64,000 nt of DNA from Patescibacteria group bacterium (GTDB lineage Bacteria; Patescibacteriota; Patescibacteriia; JBAZBY01): contig JBAZBY010000001.1 in NCBI GenBank assembly GCA_041671225.1, positions 622,940 through 686,939 of the forward strand, given 5' to 3'. Below, piece after piece: positions 57,039-64,000 of this stretch. Made by a program: the position numbers and the translations under genes. Numbering within the stretch: the first letter of the stretch is position 1; every line of letters begins with the position of its first letter. Under the pieces are notes generated by a model. That model saw nothing but the letters and a program-made list of their open reading frames with translations, did no database searches and was not told the DNA's origin.

Positions 57039-57410
57039 ATGTCGTCGCCCCTTACCTCCGAGAACGTCGTTCACATCATCCTGCAGCTCTGTGCAGCGGT
57101 GGCGCCAAATGCGCGGACTTCATTCCTGACCTCCACGCTCTGGAAGGCCATCTGCAAGGCCTATCAGAGTGACGGTATTCAGGATGCCCTTCCCGATGGG
57201 CATTTCCGGTCCGATCTCTTCGACATGTGGTTCCGGAACGCCCTCCGCGAGGCGACCCACAAGGGTTACCTCGCCCCTGCAGGCGTGGAACGACTCTTCC
57301 TCACAGATATCGGCCGCACCATGGCCGAGATGCATCCGCTGCCGGAGGCGCTTGCTCCACTTGCGGAGTACCTTCAGGCGACCGCACCCAAGGCGCCCGT
57401 GGTGCCATGA
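57039..57410 (+). CDS. hypothetical protein (GC-rich)
   Basis: start moved to the ATG with aggagg RBS; the annotated upstream start overlaps the terminator. Confidence 0.4.
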   Translation: MSSPLTSENVVHIILQLCAAVAPNARTSFLTSTLWKAICKAYQSDGIQDALPDGHFRSDLFDMWFRNALREATHKGYLAPAGVERLFLTDIGRTMAEMHPLPEALAPLAEYLQATAPKAPVVP

Positions 57411-57529
57411 TCCCCGTGCGGCATCGCGCCGCTTTTGTCCATCGGGCGGCAGACCATTCCCAACGTCTGCCGCCCCTCCCTTTTATTTACAATAAAAAAA
57501 CGAGCCCCCTTTTGGTAAGCGGTGGGGGC

Positions 57530-58459
57530 TCATGTATCCGCATGTTGGAGGACTGAGAGAACGAGACATCTCTTCTCGTTCGGCCTGAGTTTGTACGGCA
57601 GGTCTGCAAAGACCAGCTCCACAAGCTTGCTGGCAGTCCGAGAAGGATCCCCGAGCCGGTACATCTGTACCCGGCGCAGGATCTGCTGCGTGGATCTCTC
57701 GAGGATGGCGAGGCGTTCCTCAACGTCCTCAATTGGGTCGCCGTGGCCGGGGATGATCATCCTCGGCTTCAGCGCTTTGATCCGCACGAGCGACTTCTGT
57801 GCCGCAAACAGGTTTCCCTCGGGAGTGTAGATCGAGGGGACCCTTTCGCGGCCAGGCCGGTTAGGGACGAGGTCGCCCCCGATCAGGATTCCGTACTCCG
57901 GAATCCAGAAGGCGACTTCCCCTGGGCAGTGTCCGGGCGTTTCTATGACTTCGACGTGATATCCGTCGAACTGAAACCCATCCGGAGGGAACGGCCCATA
58001 GACGCCGCCGTCCTCACCCCACATGCCTTCATGCCGCATCTTTGGTCCGCAAGCGATGCTTGCAACTGCTCCGTAGAGCTTTGCAAGTGGCTTGTCGGCG
58101 GCTGTGAAGCCAGTGAGGCTGTTGCCTGTCTTCCTTGCCAGAATACGTCCGGCTTCAAGGAGTTTCCCCGGAGAGCGGAGACTCCAGAAGCTTTTCTTAT
58201 GGCAGTAGACAGGCACGCCGGGCGCAACATGGCGGAGATTGCCAATATGGTCCGGGTGTGAATGGGTCAGGAGCACCCCGTGGAGGTTTGCCCCTGTTGC
58301 GCGCCTGAGTCTCGCAAGTTCCCAGTTTTTGCCGAAAGCGAACCAGAACAGGCCAGGGTCGGTCATGAGTAGCGAGTTATTCTTCCGTCGCATCACGAGA
58401 GATGGGGGACTGTCCATGGCTCCGGGAAGGAGCCACAGATTCGGTGCGAGTTCTCGCAT
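57530..58459 (-). CDS. MBL-fold metallo-hydrolase
   Basis: LLTHSHPDHIGN (HxHxDH) zinc motif, later His/Asp ligands. Confidence 0.75.
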   Translation of the reverse strand: MRELAPNLWLLPGAMDSPPSLVMRRKNNSLLMTDPGLFWFAFGKNWELARLRRATGANLHGVLLTHSHPDHIGNLRHVAPGVPVYCHKKSFWSLRSPGKLLEAGRILARKTGNSLTGFTAADKPLAKLYGAVASIACGPKMRHEGMWGEDGGVYGPFPPDGFQFDGYHVEVIETPGHCPGEVAFWIPEYGILIGGDLVPNRPGRERVPSIYTPEGNLFAAQKSLVRIKALKPRMIIPGHGDPIEDVEERLAILERSTQQILRRVQMYRLGDPSRTASKLVELVFADLPYKLRPNEKRCLVLSVLQHADT

Positions 58460-58578
58460 CGCAGGCTCCTTTCGGAGTAGGTTGTGAATGTTCAGGCGTT
58501 TCCCGAACCTTACATTCTACCATATTTATATAAAAATGTCAATATACGGCAAAAAATACACCTGCTATACTTCAGTGC

Positions 58579-59712
58579 GTGATCTCCTTTGCTATACAAA
58601 AAAGTTCAAAAAGATCCCGTGCACGACTCGGGATTTTAAAGACCCCGCATGGCGAAGTGGAAACGCCGACGCTGGTACCGGTTGCAACACAGGCTGTGGT
58701 CAAGACTCTCACCAGCGAGCAGGTTGTGCAGACCGGCACCCAGCTTCTGATCGCCAATACGTTCCATCTGCACTTGAAGCCCGGTGAGAAGGCGGTGGGG
58801 CGTGCAGGGGGCCTGCATAACTTCATGCAATGGAAGCGTCCGCTCATGACCGATTCCGCGGGCTATCAGGTGTTCAGCCTTGGCTTTGGCATGGATCTAG
58901 GGAGCGGGAAGATCGGCAAGGGGGGAGAGAAGCGCGTGCAACAGGGAGAGCAGCCGCAGCACATACGCATCACGGAACGCGGCGTGCACTTCCGCTCGCC
59001 CGTTGATGGGAGCAAGCTTTTCATCGGGCCAAAAGAGTCCATGGCTATACAGGAGCAGCTCGGTGCAGATATCATGTTCGCGTTCGACGAATGCCCGCCG
59101 CCCAGTGCGAGCAAGGCATACATGGCGGCATCGGTTGAGCGTACGCATCGCTGGGCGCTGCAGTGCATCAAAATGCACAAGACGCGGCAGGCGCTTTTTG
59201 GCATCGTGCAGGGCGGGAAGTATAAAGATCTCCGCCGTAAGAGCGCGGAGTATATCGCGAGCCTCCCGTTTTCGGGCTTTGGCATCGGCGGGGAATTCGG
59301 CGCAGACAAAGCGACCATGGAGAAAATGGTCGGCTGGGTTACGGATGTACTTCCAGAAAAAAAGCCGCGGCACTTGCTCGGCATCGGCCACCCGGAGGAT
59401 ATTCCGCGCATCATCAAGGCGGGCGTGGATACGTTTGATTGTATCGTGCCGACGCATTATGCGCGCCATGGCACTGCGTTCATTGGTACAGGGCGGCTGG
59501 ACATGACAAAGACAGTGATGCTGTCGCAGAACAGGCCGTTGGATTCGGCGTGCGCCTGCGCGGTCTGCACCACATACACCCGCGCATACATCAGCCATCT
59601 CGTGCGCGCAAAGGAGATCACCGGCCTTTCACTACTGACGTTTCACAACCTCTGGTATTTTAATCAACTTGTCGCAGGATACCGCAAGCAGATACAACAG
59701 GGGAAGCTATGA
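58579..59712 (+). CDS. tgt: queuine tRNA-ribosyltransferase (tRNA-guanine transglycosylase)
   Basis: SKRSRARLGILKTPHGEVETPTLVPVAT N-terminus, DCIVPTHYARHG, zinc site CACAVCTTYTRAYISHL. Confidence 0.85.
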   Translation: MISFAIQKSSKRSRARLGILKTPHGEVETPTLVPVATQAVVKTLTSEQVVQTGTQLLIANTFHLHLKPGEKAVGRAGGLHNFMQWKRPLMTDSAGYQVFSLGFGMDLGSGKIGKGGEKRVQQGEQPQHIRITERGVHFRSPVDGSKLFIGPKESMAIQEQLGADIMFAFDECPPPSASKAYMAASVERTHRWALQCIKMHKTRQALFGIVQGGKYKDLRRKSAEYIASLPFSGFGIGGEFGADKATMEKMVGWVTDVLPEKKPRHLLGIGHPEDIPRIIKAGVDTFDCIVPTHYARHGTAFIGTGRLDMTKTVMLSQNRPLDSACACAVCTTYTRAYISHLVRAKEITGLSLLTFHNLWYFNQLVAGYRKQIQQGKL

Positions 59713-60296
59713 CCATTTTCTGGCTCACCACGCTTGGCGTTTTTACTTTTGTCGTTCTTGAGGGGATCGTTTCTTGGATTGAGGGCACGCTCACAAAGAA
59801 CTCGCGTCGTAAGCCTGGTATTTCCTTTCTTGCGCATTCCGCCATGTGGTCTGACGCATTCTTATTGTCAGTCATTCTTGGCTTGATTTTGCCGCACCTC
59901 GTATATCCATGGTGGGGTGTGGTTATTGGATTACTCCTTGGCAGTGTTGCGTCTGTTGCGCTGCACCGCGCGTGGGGGTCTTCTGGCGCAACAGGGCATA
60001 TGTGGCATTCGCATGCTTCTCGTCATTGGCTGCGCGACATGAGCATCGCTGGTTGGATGCATTTTCTTTTCACTATTTTTGCGCTCGCCATCATGTATCT
60101 CTATGTGGCATCTCCGGTGCCATCACATGCAGCATGGTTGATCGGTGCGATACTTGTCGTTTTTGTGCCTGCAGCCTCCTTAGTACCAACAATGGTACTG
60201 ACAAGGGGAAAACCAGGCAAAAATGAGTGGAAGATTGCGGGTCTTATGTGGGGAATGGTTCTGCTGGTAACAGCGCTGAAGGTTGCAGGGTTTTGA
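59709..60296 (+). CDS. hypothetical integral membrane protein (start overlaps tgt stop)
   Basis: 195 aa, about 6 TM segments. Confidence 0.45.
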   Translation: MTIFWLTTLGVFTFVVLEGIVSWIEGTLTKNSRRKPGISFLAHSAMWSDAFLLSVILGLILPHLVYPWWGVVIGLLLGSVASVALHRAWGSSGATGHMWHSHASRHWLRDMSIAGWMHFLFTIFALAIMYLYVASPVPSHAAWLIGAILVVFVPAASLVPTMVLTRGKPGKNEWKIAGLMWGMVLLVTALKVAGF

Positions 60297-60379
60297 CGGA
60301 TACCGTGCCCGCATTGCTCCCTTTTTGTACTTTATGCTAGAATAGAGCTATTCAATAAAGGTTTTTAGGGGGAATCCTT

Positions 60380-60943
60380 ATGAAAAATACGTCCATTCTA
60401 CTTATCATCGTTCTCGTGATCATTGTTGTTGCGGGTGGTATTTATTATTTCGTCACGCAGACAGGTGATGAAGAGGTGCCGGCAGAAATAAATGTGAACG
60501 CGACATCCATCAATGCAACGATCACCGATAATCTTCCAGATCCATCATTAACTGATGAAAATTGGGATCCAGCAACGCGAGGCGACCTGACAGTGAATGC
60601 AGAAGGAACTCATAATGATGTTACATTTTCATTTTCCACAGCGAGTCGCGTGTCATCATTCCAAGGCGTTGATGCTGAAGAGGGGAATGAATTCGTTGTG
60701 GTGTATTTCGGTACGATTCCCTTTGCAGATCGCGATGCAGTCGTGCAATGGCTTGGCAAAGACGTTGCCATTGTTGATGGGGCGGGTACCAGTTATGCAC
60801 TTCAGAGCTTTCAGGTTATTACTGAATATTCACAGCCCAGTGAAACAGGATTTTTCCAGTTTGCCGTTCCCACAGGTGGGAGTAATTACCGCATTCAGTT
60901 TGGTGAAGGAGAAGACGCAACAACTGTCGGCCTCGGCTTTTAG
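60380..60943 (+). CDS. hypothetical secreted/membrane-anchored protein
   Basis: N-terminal signal anchor; Thr/Asp-rich. Confidence 0.45.
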   Translation: MKNTSILLIIVLVIIVVAGGIYYFVTQTGDEEVPAEINVNATSINATITDNLPDPSLTDENWDPATRGDLTVNAEGTHNDVTFSFSTASRVSSFQGVDAEEGNEFVVVYFGTIPFADRDAVVQWLGKDVAIVDGAGTSYALQSFQVITEYSQPSETGFFQFAVPTGGSNYRIQFGEGEDATTVGLGF

Positions 60944-61000
60944 TCTTTTGCGGGTACTCCGGGCGTTCTCTTTGCGGAGCGCGCGTTTGGCATTGGCGCT

Positions 61001-62131
61001 ATGAAGATTGGCATCCTCTCCCAAACGTATTACCCGATCAAGGGTGGCATTGCAGAACACGTTCATGCAACGGCAACAGAACTGCGCAAGCGCGGGCATG
61101 AGGCAACCATCATTACCGCGAATTTTAACCGCGGAGATGAGGAATGGAGTGATGGCGTAGAGCGCATTGGGCGGGATCTGACGCTGCCGTTCAATGGTGC
61201 ATTCGTGAATATAACCATTGGCGCGCGACTCGCCGCAGATTTTCGGCGTCTTGAGAAGAAGTACAATTTTGATGTGCTGCATATTCATAACCCGCCAGAT
61301 CCCGTGTTGCCTATCGTTGCGACATTGAATGCAAAAGCGCCGATCGTGGGAACCTTTCATACGTATAAACCATCGAGTCTTGCATATAAGATCATGCAGA
61401 GACCGCTGGACCACCGCGTTATTCAAAAGCTTAGGGTGCGTATTGCGGTTTCTGAAGCTGCCAAATCTTTTTTCAGCAAGTATTTTACCGGCCCTTGGGA
61501 GATCCTTCCCAATGGTGTGAATATTGAGCGCTTTCATCCTTCAAACGCACCCATGCCTCATCTCGCCGGTGGACCTCCCACGATCCTCTTTGTGGGGCGT
61601 ATGGATCCGCGCAAAGGGGTGAATATCATGCTTGATGCGTTCACGCGGCTTGCAAAAGATGCTCCAGATGCCCGTCTTGTGGTGGTCGGTGGAGGGATAC
61701 TTATCCATCACTATAAGCGGTATGTGCCTTTGGATTTGCGCCCGCGCGTGCAGTTCATGAATTATGTCTCCTGGCAGGATCTTCCGCGATACTACGCGAG
61801 CGCAGATATTTGCTGCTTCCCAGCATATGGAAGGGAAAGTTTTGGTATTGTATTGGCTGAGGCAATGGCTGCTGGAAAACCCATGGTCGCATCTGATATT
61901 GTGGGGTACCGTGCGGTCATTGATGATGGAAAAAACGGACTCCTTGCCAAAACAGCAGATGCCGCGGATTTTGCGAGGAAACTCAAAATTCTGCTCGATG
62001 ATAAGGATCTCCGCAGGAACATGGGGGAGCATGGCCGCCATAAGGCAGAAACGCACTACGCTTGGCCTGCAATCGTTGATAAACTTGAAGGGTATTACAG
62101 GCAGGCAATCAGCGCCCATCGGGAGGGTTGA
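61001..62131 (+). CDS. GT4-family glycosyltransferase (PimA-like)
   Basis: MKIGILSQTYYPIKGGIAEHVHATATEL N-terminus; C-terminal EsFGIVLAEAMAaGkP motif. Confidence 0.8.
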   Translation: MKIGILSQTYYPIKGGIAEHVHATATELRKRGHEATIITANFNRGDEEWSDGVERIGRDLTLPFNGAFVNITIGARLAADFRRLEKKYNFDVLHIHNPPDPVLPIVATLNAKAPIVGTFHTYKPSSLAYKIMQRPLDHRVIQKLRVRIAVSEAAKSFFSKYFTGPWEILPNGVNIERFHPSNAPMPHLAGGPPTILFVGRMDPRKGVNIMLDAFTRLAKDAPDARLVVVGGGILIHHYKRYVPLDLRPRVQFMNYVSWQDLPRYYASADICCFPAYGRESFGIVLAEAMAAGKPMVASDIVGYRAVIDDGKNGLLAKTADAADFARKLKILLDDKDLRRNMGEHGRHKAETHYAWPAIVDKLEGYYRQAISAHREG

Positions 62132-62155
62132 CGCCTCAAAACACTTTGCTATACT
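62128..62155 (+). promoter_or_regulatory. promoter TTGACG-N16-TATACT of the hrcA operon
   Basis: ttgacg 62128-62133; tatact 62150-62155; immediately upstream of CIRCE. Confidence 0.5.
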
Positions 62156-62158
62156 GCA

Positions 62159-62185
62159 TTAGCACTCTGAGTGAAGGAGTGCTAA
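62159..62185 (+). promoter_or_regulatory. CIRCE operator (HrcA binding site)
   Basis: perfect TTAGCACTC-N9-GAGTGCTAA. Confidence 0.9.
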
Positions 62186-62194
62186 ACTGTATAC

Positions 62195-62896
62195 ATGACA
62201 CAGGACATACAACTCTCAGAACGTCAGGAAGATTTACTTAAACTTATCGTTGAAGCGTTCATTGATGAGGCAGAACCAGTTTCATCCAAGTATCTCGTTG
62301 AGGTGCATGGGCTTTCCTGGTCGCCGGCGACCATCCGTAATGATATGGCGTTTCTGGAACAGACGGGTTTTATTACGCATCCGCATACCTCTGCAGGGCG
62401 TATTCCAACAGAATTCGGCTGGAAATACTATTTGAAGCAGCAGCGCGTCGCACCATTGGATGCCAAGGAAGCATCGGCACTCAAGCGCGCCGCAGGCCAG
62501 ACAAAAGATGCAACGCAGCGTACAAAAGAGCTCGCAAAGTCTCTGGCTGATATTTCCCAGCAGACGGTGATTGTCGGGTTTGCGCCACATGACGTCTATT
62601 ACACGGGAATTGCGAATCTTGTGCGACATCCTGAATTCCAAAGCATGGATGTGCTCTCAGAAATGACTGGTATTGTGGACCACTGTGATGATGTCATCTC
62701 TCGCTTGTTCCAGTCACTGCAGCCAGAACCGCAGATTTTACTTGGTAGCGAGAATCCCTTTGGTGCCGCCGCAGGGACAATCGTGAGTCGCTGGGGGAAG
62801 AAGCCGCACGGCATTTTTTGTCTTCTTGGTCCCATACGCATGAATTATCCAAAAAATATTGCCCGTATATCATTCATTCAACATCTGCTGACGTAA
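62195..62896 (+). CDS. hrcA: heat-inducible transcription repressor HrcA, short 233-aa form
   Basis: LSERQEDLLKLIVEAFIDEAEPVSSKYL...SPATIRNDMAFLEQTGFITHPHTSAGRIPT. Confidence 0.8.
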   Translation: MTQDIQLSERQEDLLKLIVEAFIDEAEPVSSKYLVEVHGLSWSPATIRNDMAFLEQTGFITHPHTSAGRIPTEFGWKYYLKQQRVAPLDAKEASALKRAAGQTKDATQRTKELAKSLADISQQTVIVGFAPHDVYYTGIANLVRHPEFQSMDVLSEMTGIVDHCDDVISRLFQSLQPEPQILLGSENPFGAAAGTIVSRWGKKPHGIFCLLGPIRMNYPKNIARISFIQHLLT

Positions 62897-62898
62897 GT

Positions 62899-63384
62899 AT
62901 GGATACACACCACGAACAGAAAAAAGACAAACATCGACGCGAGCTTGATGAAATAAAAATGAAAGCCGAGGAGTATTTGAGTGGATGGAAGCGCGCTCAG
63001 GCTGATTATCAAAATTTGCAAAAGCAATCAGAGAAGGAGAAGTTGGAGATAGGGAGTTTTGCACGCTCGGCGGTGCTTGTGCAGATGCTGCCGATCCTCG
63101 AAAATCTTCGCCGTGCGTTTCATCACGTGCCCGATGAACAGAAAAAAGCGGAATGGGTGGTCGGCCTTCAGCATATTCAGACACAGATGGAAGAACTTTT
63201 GACGCAATATCAACTCACGGAGATTGACGCAGAAGGCAAACAATTCGACCCACACCTGCATGAAGCGGTCGCGCGCGAAAAGCGCGACGGCGTTGAAAGC
63301 GATGTTATTCTTGAAGTGCTGCAGAGCGGATGGAAGTATGGCGAACGGGTTTTGGTTCCAAGTAAGGTCAAAGTCGCAGAATAA
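62899..63384 (+). CDS. grpE: nucleotide exchange factor GrpE
   Basis: coiled-coil N-terminus, RAQADYQNLQKQ, C-terminal GERVLVPSKVKVAE. Confidence 0.85.
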   Translation: MDTHHEQKKDKHRRELDEIKMKAEEYLSGWKRAQADYQNLQKQSEKEKLEIGSFARSAVLVQMLPILENLRRAFHHVPDEQKKAEWVVGLQHIQTQMEELLTQYQLTEIDAEGKQFDPHLHEAVAREKRDGVESDVILEVLQSGWKYGERVLVPSKVKVAE

Positions 63385-63401
63385 ATATTAATCGAACTCA
63401 T

Positions 63402-63806
63402 ATGCGTATTACACCTTGGCGCCCACTTTTTCCGGAGATGTTCGAAGATGAATTCTGGGGAGAGCAGTGGCATTTCAGCCCAGCGATCGATGTGTATGAG
63501 GATGGTGATACCGTCATCATTCAGTCACCGATTGCAGGTATAGATCCAAAATTACTGAAAATTGAAATTGAGGAAAACGTCCTCAAACTTTCTGGTGAAA
63601 TGAAAAAGCAATCTGAAATTGACGAAAAGAATTATTACCGCAAAGAAGTTCGCCAGGGTAGTTTCTCTCGCGCCGTTGCGCTCCCGCATGCTGTTGATGC
63701 TGATAGGGCCAATGCGACCTATAAAGATGGCGTGTTGATGATTCAGATCCCAAAGCGTGAAGAAATGAAGCCGAAATCCGTAACCGTAAATGTTGAGGAG
63801 CAATAA
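63402..63806 (+). CDS. Hsp20/alpha-crystallin small heat-shock protein
   Basis: alpha-crystallin domain PAIDVYEDGDTVIIQSPIAGIDPKLLKIEIEENVLKLSGE... Confidence 0.85.
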   Translation: MRITPWRPLFPEMFEDEFWGEQWHFSPAIDVYEDGDTVIIQSPIAGIDPKLLKIEIEENVLKLSGEMKKQSEIDEKNYYRKEVRQGSFSRAVALPHAVDADRANATYKDGVLMIQIPKREEMKPKSVTVNVEEQ

Positions 63807-63825
63807 ATGACATATCACTCACCAC

Positions 63826-64000
63826 AAAGTCCGCTGTCCAATGTGCCTGGAGGCAACAGTCGGCTGCTCAAATTTTCCGTGAGCTGCCCCGTGTGTGAGC
63901 ATGCCTATGATTTGCAGGCTTTGCGGATCGTCGGTGAGTCAGACCAGTCTTTGCTCACGCATATCGTGTGCGGACGATGCTCCACCGCCGTACTCACGCT
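63826..64000 (+). CDS. partial ORF (3' end outside window) with zinc-ribbon-like CxxC...CxxC
   Basis: MTYHSPQSPLSNVPGGNSRLLKFSVSCPVCEH...CGRCSTAVL; not in the provided ORF track because it is truncated. Confidence 0.25.

Overview
64-kb window from what looks like a small-genome bacterium, possibly from the CPR/Patescibacteria (an inference: no rpmD/L30 gene between rpsE and rplO, and many Lys-rich extensions on ribosomal and other proteins). The backbone is a near-complete str/S10/spc/alpha-type ribosomal gene run (rpsL-rpsG-fusA ... rplO-secY-adk-map). Flanking it are nucleotide-salvage genes (ndk, purA, a DNPH1/NDT-like gene, Nudix), a redox pair (ArsR-CcdA), a replication/recombination cluster (dnaB-ybaB-recR, DnaQ-like exonuclease), aspS, scpAB, tpiA-gap, an ECF sigma / anti-sigma-like pair, UPF0182, a DEAD-box helicase and an hrcA-grpE-hsp20 heat-shock unit with a perfect CIRCE operator. 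Three tRNA genes (Pro-GGG, Lys-TTT, Glu-CTC) each sit next to degenerate partial copies of themselves, in places bracketing GC-rich gene blocks (purA; TerC-like + CorA). This pattern suggests repeated site-specific integration or excision, but no integrase or transposase is present. The most interesting gene is a heliorhodopsin (55994..56776) with the conserved His/His/Glu/Lys residues, in its own promoter-to-terminator unit. Other notable features: a PD40-like beta-propeller membrane protein inserted between fusA and tuf; an orphan ATP-grasp enzyme next to tRNA-Pro; a 13-bp palindromic hairpin + A-run element that recurs in frame (GSAGKK) in three genes; a 12-nt (EQ)n coding tandem repeat; and a recurring TTGAC[AG]-N17-TAGNNT promoter architecture. 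No rRNA, CRISPR array or recognisable defence system was found.
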